A DNA stretch of 64,000 bases from a virus (lineage: Duplodnaviria > Caudoviricetes). The first letter of the stretch is position 1, and each line of letters opens with the position of its first letter. The position numbers were made by a program, and so were the translations under genes. The notes under the pieces were generated by a model. The model was given only the letters and a program-made list of their open reading frames with translations. It was not told the DNA's origin and made no database searches. Of the stretch, positions 29,186 through 38,548 are shown piece after piece. The DNA lies in IMG/VR virus record IMGVR_UViG_3300012984_000010; one strand, 5' to 3'.

Positions 29186-29868
29186 CAGAGGTACCGTGCC
29201 ATCAAAGCTATATGTCGGGACCCTTTTCGAGAGTTACAAGGCTTGCAGCAGGGAACCACATTGTCTGCCGTGTTGGATCCCCCATGAATAAGGGGCTGCA
29301 AGTGATCCAATGTACGTTTCTCGATAGCCAGTGTCCTGAGGTCTACCAGGCAATACCCGCAACGATGGTCAAAGACCTCTAGTATTTGGTCAACCTCAAT
29401 CGCAGTCAGCGTGTTTTCAGCCTTTGAACGACGCATCCTGTACTTGGCCCCTTGTAGACGGGCTGCATGACGGTTCCGTCGAAACCAATCTCGAACGCCA
29501 GCTCGCAGTTTCTCACGATTGGCCGCCACATAGACAGCTCGACGCTTGCGGACCTTTTCCTTGTCTTGGTTGGCCGCATAACCAACCCACTGTTCCTTGT
29601 TCTGCTGGTAGTAGTTGGCCAGATAGGTTTTGTAGTACTCTTGATGTTCTTCGCGGAACTTCTTGGAAATGGCTCTGTGGGTAACCGGATCAGCGTCGTA
29701 CTTGGCTTTGGCCTTCTTACGAACCGATTCACGATTCTTGGCGTAGGAAGTCTTCGTCAGAGGGCTACGACAGAGCTTGCAGACTGGATATCGACCGTCC
29801 TTCTTACTCTTGTCCTTCTGGAAGTCGTCCAGCTCTTTCGCTTCCCCACACTTACTACATTTTTTCAT
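29185..29868 (-). mobile_element. Free-standing HNH homing endonuclease with N-terminal Zn finger
   Basis: KKCSKC...PVCKLC; CGYC...LDHLQPLIHGGSNTADNVVPCCKPCNSRKG. Confidence 0.85.
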
Positions 29869-29889
29869 GTCTGGTAATGTAGGTAAATG

Positions 29890-30141
29890 TCAGGGCATGT
29901 GGCAGATGCTCTTGAGAGTTTTCACGGCGTTTGCGTACGGCAGTGCTGCCACCTTGCCAGTTTGACTGAACCAGGCGTTCTTTAGTTCGTCCATATTCGA
30001 TATCGAGGTGTCGAATATGAAGCTAACCTTGCCAGTGCCGTTCCGATCGTGGCGAGTCATCGTGACCCCAGCAACCTGCAAATAGGCTGCGAAATAGAGG
30101 TCGGACGTACGGAACTCGTTATCAGGAGTAGATGATTTCAT
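29890..30141 (-). CDS. DUF5659-like small protein (ATG 30141 preferred)
   Basis: FRTSDLYFAAYLQVAGV signature. Confidence 0.65.
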   Translation of the reverse strand: MKSSTPDNEFRTSDLYFAAYLQVAGVTMTRHDRNGTGKVSFIFDTSISNMDELKNAWFSQTGKVAALPYANAVKTLKSICHMP

Positions 30142-30211
30142 TTTGGATTCCAATCTCGACCCTTCTAGGGATCGTTAGGTCATCTGGATCTAGGATTTGG
30201 GTCTATATCTG

Positions 30212-30230
30212 AGCCCCCTCATGGAGGGGG
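30212..30230 (-). terminator. GC-rich hairpin after gene 30245..31345
   Basis: GCCCCCTC-ATG-GAGGGGGC inverted repeat; no clear U-tract. Confidence 0.4.
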
Positions 30231-30244
30231 CCCTCATGTAGCTA

Positions 30245-31345
30245 TCAGGCTACTGCACGCTTGGTAGAGACACGTTGACGAACCTTCACCTGAACGAAGG
30301 TGGTGACGGTCGTCAGACCAGCCAGCAATGAAGCAGGGATGACGATCGAAGTAGCGGTCACGGAACCGCCGGCCTTCTCAATCACCACTTGATGCAAGGT
30401 CTTGTTGATCTTACCGGTCAGCTGAACGGTCGTCTCTTTGCGATCGTAGACACCCAAACCGGTTCCCGCGATCGTCAGAGCGCCAGAGGTGGGGCTGTCT
30501 TTGGTGGCTGAGCTGGTGACTGGCAATGTGGTGGTGAAGGTGGTTGAACCATCATCTGCCACAACCGCAATTGCGGCTCCACTGACAAGCCCTCGACGAG
30601 AGTCTGGATTGTAGCTAGCTGAACGGTATTCAGCAATCATACCAACCAGCCAACTGTCAATCACCACCGGAGTCTCAGCAAACTTCGGAGCAATCGCATC
30701 AGCAATCGCCGTCTGGGTGCCGCGAGCTGCGGGAACCAACGACAAGGCGTTTGCGTTATTGCCAGAGCCCACCGCATTGATGGCAGTATTCGACACATTG
30801 AGAGTGCCGCTAATTGGGTTCAAGGCAGTGATGAAGGTCGCCGAAGAAGGGGTGGTCCGGATGGTGGCCGTCAAGCCCAAAGCGGTGTAGGCAGAGTTGG
30901 CGATAGTGGCGGTTTCGACGTATGCAGAAGAACCTTTGGGACCTTCAAACGACACACGTTGACCAGAACCGACACCTGTGAAAGCTGAGACGCCAGAGCC
31001 CAACAGGGCCGCGTTGATGGCGGCAATCAGGTTGGTGATGTTGGCGTAGGCCGCGTTGGCAATCGTCACTGTGCTGTACGCTGCCGAGGACGTGGTACGT
31101 ACCTTCAGGACGTTGTTGGTGCCGTTGATGGTCAACGGGAACGAACCAGAGATATCGCTACCCTGGATGATCGCCCCTGCTCCGGTAGAACCGGACAACA
31201 CAACGTCCAACTTGGCCGTTGTGGGGCGGCCGATATTCCGCTCCTGGCCCTTAGCTTCGACTGGTGGATTGAATTGAGAAACGGGCTCCAGATCCATCAA
31301 GTGAATCGGACCTGGAAGATCCCCTCTGATTACGCCAATACGCAT
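30245..31345 (-). CDS. Probable virion decoration protein with C-terminal Ig/IPT-like domain
   Basis: 366 aa, Ala/Thr/Gly-rich; ALTIAGTGLG; SD AGGAG. Confidence 0.6.
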   Translation of the reverse strand: MRIGVIRGDLPGPIHLMDLEPVSQFNPPVEAKGQERNIGRPTTAKLDVVLSGSTGAGAIIQGSDISGSFPLTINGTNNVLKVRTTSSAAYSTVTIANAAYANITNLIAAINAALLGSGVSAFTGVGSGQRVSFEGPKGSSAYVETATIANSAYTALGLTATIRTTPSSATFITALNPISGTLNVSNTAINAVGSGNNANALSLVPAARGTQTAIADAIAPKFAETPVVIDSWLVGMIAEYRSASYNPDSRRGLVSGAAIAVVADDGSTTFTTTLPVTSSATKDSPTSGALTIAGTGLGVYDRKETTVQLTGKINKTLHQVVIEKAGGSVTATSIVIPASLLAGLTTVTTFVQVKVRQRVSTKRAVA

Positions 31346-31380
31346 GGTATGCTCCTATGATGGATCGTGAAACAAGTCAG

Positions 31381-31740
31381 TTATGCCGAGAACCGTCCTC
31401 GGGCTTGGTCAATCTTGAGGTTCTGGAGAACAACCCCGTAATCTGCGAAAAAGTCTGAGATTGAAGTGAGGAAGGACAGATCATCAGTTCTCCAGGCAAA
31501 CTGAGCTTTTTTGATCTGGATTCGCATTCTAGCAAGGCGTTTGATGTAAAGTGGGTAACGATCCAAGCTTTGGAGTTCTTCCAATGCATCTTCCAACCGA
31601 TTGAGTCGGCCCAAGGCATCTTTGAGCAAGTTCCGTCTATACGGATCAGGGATAAGGCTCTTAGGTTGCCAGCGATGGTCAACCTTGTAGAACCCAGTCC
31701 CCTCTTGCTCAAGGATACTTGGTAAGATACGATACTGCAC
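31381..31740 (-). CDS. Hypothetical basic protein
   Basis: 119 aa, fills the operon gap in the frame with plausible composition. Confidence 0.55.
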   Translation of the reverse strand: MQYRILPSILEQEGTGFYKVDHRWQPKSLIPDPYRRNLLKDALGRLNRLEDALEELQSLDRYPLYIKRLARMRIQIKKAQFAWRTDDLSFLTSISDFFADYGVVLQNLKIDQARGRFSA

Positions 31741-31754
31741 TTCACAGGCTTGCT

Positions 31755-32357
31755 TCAGAAGGTTTTGGTGTTGCTATCTTTGGCGTCAGCTCGAATGATC
31801 ATCGTATTGCCGGTCGTCAGACCTGCAATCAAAGACGCCTTGATCACCATACCGGTGTCGGAGGCTGAACCACCACCAGCGCCAGTAATTTGAGCCAATG
31901 TCAAAGTCTTGCTGCCAACGCCAGTTCCAGCAAATCGGACCGTTGTCACTTCTGGAGCAACCGAGGCCAAACCAGTACCTACTACCGTCACGTCACCAGC
32001 CGAGGGTGAGTTGAGGGTGGCGGTTGTGATGACGGGAGCGGCCAAGCTAGCTGGTGTGACAGTAGCTTGGGTGATAAGACCCGCTCGAACCAATTTCGAG
32101 ATCTTACCGGAAGCGGCCGAAAGGATTACCTTCTCGGTCTCCAACACGTCAATGTAGCCAGCAATGGTGGCATCCCCAATCTTGGTGCGAGGGATGTAAC
32201 AAGGCTGCTTGGGCGAATTGGCGTAACCATCCCGCCTGTATGCCTTCGGGTCCCCTCGGCTGCCTAGACGATGAACGCTCTTATTGGGAAGACCGTCGTC
32301 AATGTCGTCAACACGAATGGCGCCCGAAACTGTCTGGTTGTGTGTAAGCCTCAGCAT
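31755..32357 (-). CDS. Probable virion decoration protein with C-terminal Ig/IPT-like domain
   Basis: DVTVVGTGLA domain paralogous to 30245..31345; SD GAGGAG. Confidence 0.6.
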   Translation of the reverse strand: MLRLTHNQTVSGAIRVDDIDDGLPNKSVHRLGSRGDPKAYRRDGYANSPKQPCYIPRTKIGDATIAGYIDVLETEKVILSAASGKISKLVRAGLITQATVTPASLAAPVITTATLNSPSAGDVTVVGTGLASVAPEVTTVRFAGTGVGSKTLTLAQITGAGGGSASDTGMVIKASLIAGLTTGNTMIIRADAKDSNTKTF

Positions 32358-32399
32358 GCAATACTCCTCGCTTGTGGATCAAAAGCGATAAAAGGAACC

Positions 32400-33047
32400 T
32401 TAGAGTGGTAGATAGTTGGTGAAAGAGGCCGAAAATGCTACCGTACCTCCGACACCTCGAACCAATAGGGTGTCGGTAGGGCCGTGGAAGATGGTGAGTG
32501 TCTCTTGAGGAGCTACCTGCTGTTCACCACCGCTAGCCAGAACTGCAATGTATAGATTGCGACCGCCAGTGGCCTCCTCATTCTTGATATACAGGTCTTG
32601 AGTTGTGAACGGCAGGTCCAATTGTTGGGCGTTGGCCAAAGCCGCCCCCTGAGGAGCCGTCCCAGAAATCAGGATTCGGCTGGTGCCGTAATGCTCTGAA
32701 TCGGTCAACACAAGGGTTGCTGGACTGGGCGTCCCAGGAGTGCCTGAAAAGTCCAGGGGCACGAATTTCAGCCAGAAATTCTTGGAGTCAAACACACCTG
32801 CCCCATTGTAGGTGTCCGGATTGAAGACAATTCGGATATGGTCCCTGTTGTTGACGCTATGCAATACAGCAGGGTTGATGGTTGGATCAAGAAAGCCAGA
32901 ACTGATGTCGGCTGTCATCAAAGTGGTGAAGGAACCATCGAAATTTGCAGCTCCTTGAAGGCGGTAACCCTTTACATTGGGTTGTTTCGGAGTAAGCAAG
33001 TCCACAATGCCCTTACGACGCCGAATGATACTGAAACTTCTAGCCAT
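32400..33047 (-). CDS. Hypothetical beta-rich protein
   Basis: 215 aa, operonic. Confidence 0.6.
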   Translation of the reverse strand: MARSFSIIRRRKGIVDLLTPKQPNVKGYRLQGAANFDGSFTTLMTADISSGFLDPTINPAVLHSVNNRDHIRIVFNPDTYNGAGVFDSKNFWLKFVPLDFSGTPGTPSPATLVLTDSEHYGTSRILISGTAPQGAALANAQQLDLPFTTQDLYIKNEEATGGRNLYIAVLASGGEQQVAPQETLTIFHGPTDTLLVRGVGGTVAFSASFTNYLPL

Positions 33048-33463
33048 TAGGATGTGCTCCGTTCCTTAGAAACAAGCGGCTGATAAGTGCTAGCTGAATC
33101 CTCCCCTTTGGTGGTCCGGACGTGATCCTGTACATCCGACCAAGAATGAGCCTCCTGACCCTGGTAATTGGGAATCAACCTAGACTTGAATACATGGTCC
33201 TTCTCTCGTTTGGCCATGTCGACATTCCGTCCAGCCCGATATTTCTTCTCTTTCCCTACCTTAGAAGCCCAACCACCACTTGCCCCATCCTTCATGACAA
33301 ATCCTATGTCCCCAGGATTGAACACTAGTTCGAGGGGGGCTCCGTCAGCATCGAGCAACACTTGAGTTCCCGCCTTGACTTCTTCGTATGTGGAGAAAGT
33401 GAGGCGTCTAGTTACGAGGGTACCATCAACCGTATTCTTGAGAGTGTAGGTAGGCATTTTCAT
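33047..33463 (-). CDS. Cysteine-less FmdB-like protein
   Basis: MPTYTLKNTVDG...LLDADGAPLELVFNPGDIGFVMKDGASGGW follows the FmdB layout without Cys. Confidence 0.5.
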   Translation of the reverse strand: MKMPTYTLKNTVDGTLVTRRLTFSTYEEVKAGTQVLLDADGAPLELVFNPGDIGFVMKDGASGGWASKVGKEKKYRAGRNVDMAKREKDHVFKSRLIPNYQGQEAHSWSDVQDHVRTTKGEDSASTYQPLVSKERSTS

Positions 33464-34317
33464 TCTTTCTGGGTTTTGAGGGCTTTCTTGACCGCCCTCT
33501 GAGCTTTAGCTTTGGGGATTTCCCAGCTCTTGGTGAAGCTGAGGACCGATGCCACGTGTTTGCAGACTCGGTTGTCCCGTTCAGGATCTTTGATGTCCGG
33601 GGTAGAGGCAGTGCCCACCAAGGGACCTAGCTGATACCCTTCCTGCTTGGCGTGGAACTCTGGTCCCAACCATTGCCAAGCTGGACACGAACACGACATC
33701 TCAAGATCCAGTTTCCCGAAGGCAATCACATTGCCAGGTCGAGACGCCTTGATTTTGACCGCCTTAGGGCCGTTCCCACAGTCAACTGCGAAGATCCATC
33801 TGAGATTGCCCAGATCAGCCCTTTTGAGGGTGGTGGAGCAGCTGGTGGCTCGCTGCTTGAACTGTGAGTCCAAGCCCTCAAGGATTTGCTCTGGCACAGC
33901 CGCAAGCTTGACCCCATTGGCAGGTTTCAGTGTTTTGGAGTGGGCTGACCCCAATTTCCACAGCTCAGCGATAAAACTAGCGTTGTGGGTGTTTGGGATA
34001 CCATCTCGGTAAGGGTAAGGACTAGTATCTCTAGGCTCCGGTTTTCCTAACCCATTATAACTAGGTTTTGCTTGAGAATGATCGATCTGATCGGGATTAG
34101 TTTGGTCTTTGGTCAGATCGTCAGGACTTTCTACCCGATAGATGGACTCGTCTTTATTCTCAGGCTTACGAATGTCATCTACAGGTTTTGAAAATGTTGA
34201 CGAGCCAGGGATCCCAGGGTCAAGGGAGATCCCCTTTTGCGCAGGTTCGCCTCCTGGCAGCTCAGCTACTGCAAGAGTTTCGCCGTAAGGCGGACGAGAC
34301 ACAAGGGGTTGGGCCAA
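33460..34317 (-). CDS. SWIM-type zinc-finger protein (TTG start)
   Basis: SCSCPAW...RVCKHVASV. Confidence 0.7.
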   Translation of the reverse strand: MAQPLVSRPPYGETLAVAELPGGEPAQKGISLDPGIPGSSTFSKPVDDIRKPENKDESIYRVESPDDLTKDQTNPDQIDHSQAKPSYNGLGKPEPRDTSPYPYRDGIPNTHNASFIAELWKLGSAHSKTLKPANGVKLAAVPEQILEGLDSQFKQRATSCSTTLKRADLGNLRWIFAVDCGNGPKAVKIKASRPGNVIAFGKLDLEMSCSCPAWQWLGPEFHAKQEGYQLGPLVGTASTPDIKDPERDNRVCKHVASVLSFTKSWEIPKAKAQRAVKKALKTQKE

Positions 34318-34319
34318 CG

Positions 34320-34619
34320 TTATTTGGCCTTCTTTTTCAGATTTCGTTCCAAACTCTCAACAGCATTGAAGGCTGTGCCTATCTCGTGATCCATCTCATA
34401 CAGTATCTTCTGTACGCGACGTACATCTGGGTCATCGTAATTATCGGTGTACGACACACCAGAAGCATCGTTGCCCACATCAGACAGCATCTGATGAACT
34501 TTCCGGATCTTGACTCGTGTCTCAATCAAGCTATCGACGCTTTCCTTCATGGCCTTTGAGAGCTTGTCGAAAGAAGGGGCCGCCGCAGTGAGGTCGTAGG
34601 AGTATTTGTTAGACATCAA
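34320..34619 (-). CDS. Small helical hypothetical protein
   Basis: 99 aa; begins SNKYSYDLT. Confidence 0.6.
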   Translation of the reverse strand: MMSNKYSYDLTAAAPSFDKLSKAMKESVDSLIETRVKIRKVHQMLSDVGNDASGVSYTDNYDDPDVRRVQKILYEMDHEIGTAFNAVESLERNLKKKAK

Positions 34620-36116
34620 TCAGGCCTTCCAGATCAGATCATCGACAGAGGCCGTCTTTGCAGTCAGCCCGTCCTTGATGGCTTGAAACATAGACGGCTT
34701 GACCCAATCTTTGGCCTTCCGATCCGCCTGTTCTTTGGGCAGTTTACCTTCGATCTGAAACAACTTGCTGGCCATCTCTCTTACAGATTCTTGCCAACCA
34801 CTCTTCTGCATCAAAGCCGACAAGCTCCCCATACCGATCTCTTTTTCGTGCTTCTTGAGACGCCGAACGAACGAGTCTTCAACTCCACCCGCTTGCTTGA
34901 AGTTGTCCTTGTTCTGTTCGTTCTGTTCTTCCCACTCTTTGGCATCCTCCGGACTCATGTTCTGAGTAGGGTCGGCCGACTCCCCTTCTTGGAAACGGGC
35001 TGCCTTGAACTTGTCACCATACTGGTCAGTGTTGTCTTTCCACTTGGCAGCATCGTCCTTGTCCATGTTTTCAGTAGGGTCAGCTGGCTTGCCTTCCTCA
35101 AACTTGGTCCGCTTCTCCTCGGTGGCTTCCACGTCCCAAGCAAGCCCTTCTGAGGCCATGTGAGCCATTTCAGCGGGGTCCCCTTTTCCATGACTAATGG
35201 TGGGGAGCGCCTGACGAATCTCTCGTTTGAGAGCTTCCGATTTGGTGGTGTCCAAGCCACCCATCTGAACCAAGAGTGTCCCAATGTCGTCAACGATGAA
35301 GAAGAGTTGCATGAAAGCGGGGCGCCAATGCTCCGAATTAGCAGCCCTCATGGCCCTCATGGCCTTGTCCTTGATACCTTCAAACAAGGCAGGAATAGAT
35401 GGGGAGAGTTGAAGAGCTGTCTTGGACTGCCCTTCCTCATCCGGCTGTTGGGCCGCCAAGCGTACCGCATCATCAACCGTAGCTTCCATCGCTACCCGAC
35501 GAACCACCGCCGCCAAACGAACCCTGCTCAACGGCTCTTGGTTGGGATCTTCCAACATCTCAGCCAGCTTCTCCAACTTATCAGCTGCCGTTATCTCTTG
35601 AGAGGCGGTGACGCCTGGCGGGTCAAGTTTGGTCAAGAAAGCGGCAACCTCGTGTACAGGTATTTGACCTTCTTCACGGGCAATACGGACGAATTCTCGG
35701 AGCTGTTGAGCGGCTTGTTTGGGGTGCATAGCAATATCCTGGGTTGGAAACGAACGATGTGGGACGGTCCGAATCCTAACCTCTTGTAGGACCCGTTCTA
35801 ACTCTTCTACCTTTTCAGGGCGTAACTCTTGCTTGAGTTCTTCGTAATCGATACGATCCGCCGCCAATGCTACAGCCTGCAAAGCCTTCTGTAGTTTGAA
35901 TGCCGACTCAGGGATCCCCCTGATCAGATGGCCCGCCACCTCGAACAGATGATCCTTTTGATCGGACCGTTCGACCAGTTTCACAGCCTCATCCACGTAT
36001 CGAACCAACTGATCGCAACGCAAACGAGCGTCCCCAAGCTCCTCTTGAAGATAGAGAATAGGGGACGCTGTTTTTGAATGACCTCGATTGAGGCACCTGT
36101 CAGTAGGATCAGTCAT
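34620..36116 (-). CDS. Putative internal head protein with tandem 36-aa repeats and K-x-A sites
   Basis: 498 aa; KTA x3, KAA, KQA; repeats at 34890-35105. Confidence 0.65.
   Translation of the reverse strand: MTDPTDRCLNRGHSKTASPILYLQEELGDARLRCDQLVRYVDEAVKLVERSDQKDHLFEVAGHLIRGIPESAFKLQKALQAVALAADRIDYEELKQELRPEKVEELERVLQEVRIRTVPHRSFPTQDIAMHPKQAAQQLREFVRIAREEGQIPVHEVAAFLTKLDPPGVTASQEITAADKLEKLAEMLEDPNQEPLSRVRLAAVVRRVAMEATVDDAVRLAAQQPDEEGQSKTALQLSPSIPALFEGIKDKAMRAMRAANSEHWRPAFMQLFFIVDDIGTLLVQMGGLDTTKSEALKREIRQALPTISHGKGDPAEMAHMASEGLAWDVEATEEKRTKFEEGKPADPTENMDKDDAAKWKDNTDQYGDKFKAARFQEGESADPTQNMSPEDAKEWEEQNEQNKDNFKQAGGVEDSFVRRLKKHEKEIGMGSLSALMQKSGWQESVREMASKLFQIEGKLPKEQADRKAKDWVKPSMFQAIKDGLTAKTASVDDLIWKA
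34890..35105 (-). repeat. Two tandem 108-bp (36-aa) coding repeats
   Basis: KFEEGKPADPTENM...DKFKAA / RFQEGESADPTQNM...DNFKQA. Confidence 0.85.
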
Positions 36117-36174
36117 ACACGCCCTTTTAGGATTCGCCTAAAGGGCGTGCACAAGAAGACTAGGGAAATTCGGG

Positions 36175-37335
36175 TTATCCGACGAACGCCTCTGGGAACT
36201 CCTCAACCAACCGATTACGGACCTCTAGATCTGTCTCGGCCGCTGCTACTGCCCGAATCACGTCCGGACGATCCTCATAATCGGCCTGTAGACGGGCAAC
36301 TTTCTTACGAGGAGCGTCGTCAAAGTTGTAATTATCCGGAAAGTCTGGGCAAATCGACTTAGCGATGCGACGCCTAGAGTCTGTAGCTGGAGGATTTACG
36401 GTCGCCACTACCCTGGTGGGGGCTGGGGCCGTCTGTTTGGCAGCTACCTTTTTGCGTGGACCATTGGTATTGGTGATCTTGATACCATCAATCTCAACCA
36501 CTTCGACATGATCGGCACCAGCTCCACCGGTACCTCCCAGGTCGAAAGTCTCAATCCCATTCCCCACCGTATTGGTGATGTTGAAGCCGTCCTTGTCCTG
36601 ATTTTTCAAAGCCGGAGCCCGTCCGACCACTCGACGTTCCAGGATCGCCTGATTGGCGGCACGCTCCCGCAATGCCCTAGGGTCCTCTTCAACCTCCCTA
36701 GCTGATCGAAATGCCTCAACTTCAGCCAAATAAGCTTCTCGCTCACCCTCTGGCAAACTATTGGCCAGATCTTCACGGGTACGGCCCACGCCTGGCTGGA
36801 CCTTGATCTTCTCAGCCTCTCGAATGGCCGCCCCAGCATCATCAAGATTGGTTCTGTGGACAGTAGCTGAAGAAAGTGTCCGAACCGGAATCCCTTCTTG
36901 TGAGTCAGCCGCACTGGCGTGACGTTGCCCACGAGGTGCGGTATTGAGTTGTCGAGTCTTTTGAGCGTGAGCCTGGACGTTGCGAACCTCTCGTTCCTCA
37001 GCGTCTACAGTCGTGACCGCTATTCTGGGCTTTTGAGGATCCATCGGATTGCCACCATCAGGATTCCGCATCGAGATCCCAGCCGAGATGGGTTGTAACG
37101 TGATGTTCGGATCGTATTCAGCTTCTGGGACAATCCAACCCATAGATATGGTACCGCGCAACTTAGGGACTGGCACTGGAGGGTACCCGTCCAGCGTTAC
37201 GCTCGTACCATCGAAGTCCAACTCCATACCTTTGGAGATGTTGAAACTCTGATTGTTAGGCAACCCCACAGAGAAAGTACGGGTTGCAATGAAGCGAATC
37301 GGAGTGCCAGGTGTGAATTTGATTGGTTGACTCAT
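36175..37335 (-). CDS. Hypothetical protein
   Basis: 386 aa; SD GGAG; no recognised motif. Confidence 0.7.
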   Translation of the reverse strand: MSQPIKFTPGTPIRFIATRTFSVGLPNNQSFNISKGMELDFDGTSVTLDGYPPVPVPKLRGTISMGWIVPEAEYDPNITLQPISAGISMRNPDGGNPMDPQKPRIAVTTVDAEEREVRNVQAHAQKTRQLNTAPRGQRHASAADSQEGIPVRTLSSATVHRTNLDDAGAAIREAEKIKVQPGVGRTREDLANSLPEGEREAYLAEVEAFRSAREVEEDPRALRERAANQAILERRVVGRAPALKNQDKDGFNITNTVGNGIETFDLGGTGGAGADHVEVVEIDGIKITNTNGPRKKVAAKQTAPAPTRVVATVNPPATDSRRRIAKSICPDFPDNYNFDDAPRKKVARLQADYEDRPDVIRAVAAAETDLEVRNRLVEEFPEAFVG

Positions 37336-37402
37336 TTAGATACATCTCCCAGAAGCCAAAGACGAAGCAGGCCTCTAAAGGAGAGTGTAGATAAATGGAT
37401 AA

Positions 37403-37621
37403 TCAGGCGGGAGGGTAACGCCAGCTACCTGGTTTACCGTCCTCATCGTAGTCCAAGGGTGGGCTAAAGAAGATGCCGGTTGGGTTTAGGATACAGAGTC
37501 GCACCTTCCCATCTGGCAAGACTTCTGTGACGATGGCCGCTCGGGGGACCGACAGGTATTCTCCCCCTGGAGTCCCATAGGCCTGATAGTGTACCGAATC
37601 GCTTATTTGAGGCTGACGCAT
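37403..37621 (-). CDS. Small phage protein (AAIVTEV...LCILNPTG pattern)
   Basis: 72 aa, pattern recurrent among small phage hypothetical proteins. Confidence 0.6.
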   Translation of the reverse strand: MRQPQISDSVHYQAYGTPGGEYLSVPRAAIVTEVLPDGKVRLCILNPTGIFFSPPLDYDEDGKPGSWRYPPA

Positions 37622-37660
37622 CTACCAATGCTAGTAGATTGCGGGCAGGAAATCAAATCA

Positions 37661-37834
37661 TCACTTATGCTTGAACCATTCGACTTGTTCCAAGCGCTTC
37701 TCGGCTTCACCCTTCGAATCGTAGCAACCGCCGCTCCAAGAACCGTTGTCAGGCGAGCGCACGCAGTATTGACCCTTTTCTTTGCGGATCACGGCCTCTT
37801 TGAAGCGGGCTACAACGGAACGGGGCGAGATCAC
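37661..37834 (-). CDS. 57-aa protein missed by the ORF track (GTG start)
   Basis: MISPRSVVARFKEAVIRKEKGQYCVRSPDNGSWSGGCYDSKGEAEKRLEQVEWFKHK*; starts 6 nt after the stop at 37841. Confidence 0.75.
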   Translation of the reverse strand: MISPRSVVARFKEAVIRKEKGQYCVRSPDNGSWSGGCYDSKGEAEKRLEQVEWFKHK

Positions 37835-37840
37835 AAGGCC

Positions 37841-38488
37841 TCAGTGCCCCCAACCAGAAGACGTCTCATACTTCTCTTTGCCATCCCATTTGCTGGCATG
37901 ATGACCGTCGATCTTAGTCCCATTGGGGCCAGGAATCGAACGTTCCGCGGGACCATGGAAGCTGTTTGGCACAGCAACAACATAGCTAGCTCCCTGGGAC
38001 TCACGAACGACCTTTGAACCAATCGGCCTCGTGACGATCACTTTACCCTTGACTTCGACCACCTGAAAGAAGTTCACGTTCGTTTGGTCGTAACCCCACG
38101 TGCTATACAGGATGTCGCCCACCACAAAGCCGTGAACGTGGTTCTTACGGTCATCCACACGCTTCTGCTTGAATTCCAAGCTCAGCTTACGAGATTTGAC
38201 CGTTTCATCGATCTGACGTTGACGATTGGCGTCGCTCTTGAAAGAGTAGTTCCAAAGAGGCTTGTTCTGCTTGGCCGCAAACGCAATCGCGTAGAACTTG
38301 CCTTGACCTTCCCACTGCCAGATCGCCAAATCCGTGCCCTCTGGGGTGAGCGGAGCTTGATCCCTCACCTCTGCAGGTAGGTAGATCGACCTAGGCATCG
38401 TGAAGTTGGCTGCCGCCTTAAACCTAGCTGCCACGCCTTTGGCAGAGGCTTCTTTCGGAGACTTTTCTGTCGCGTTGATTTCAGCCAT
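37841..38488 (-). CDS. Hypothetical protein (ATG 38488 preferred)
   Basis: GDILYSTWGYDQTNVNFFQVV C-terminal domain; N-terminal KGVAARFKAA. Confidence 0.7.
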   Translation of the reverse strand: MAEINATEKSPKEASAKGVAARFKAAANFTMPRSIYLPAEVRDQAPLTPEGTDLAIWQWEGQGKFYAIAFAAKQNKPLWNYSFKSDANRQRQIDETVKSRKLSLEFKQKRVDDRKNHVHGFVVGDILYSTWGYDQTNVNFFQVVEVKGKVIVTRPIGSKVVRESQGASYVVAVPNSFHGPAERSIPGPNGTKIDGHHASKWDGKEKYETSSGWGH

Positions 38489-38548
38489 GTTCCTATAACG
38501 GCTCAAATCATAAAGGATTAAGGAGGTTGAAAAAGATAGGCCAGTCGG

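Noticed and set aside
29188-29215. HNH C-terminus IALMARYL resembling the RxxxRF tag
   Set aside because: Lacks the upstream basic residue and K-x-A; probably chance.
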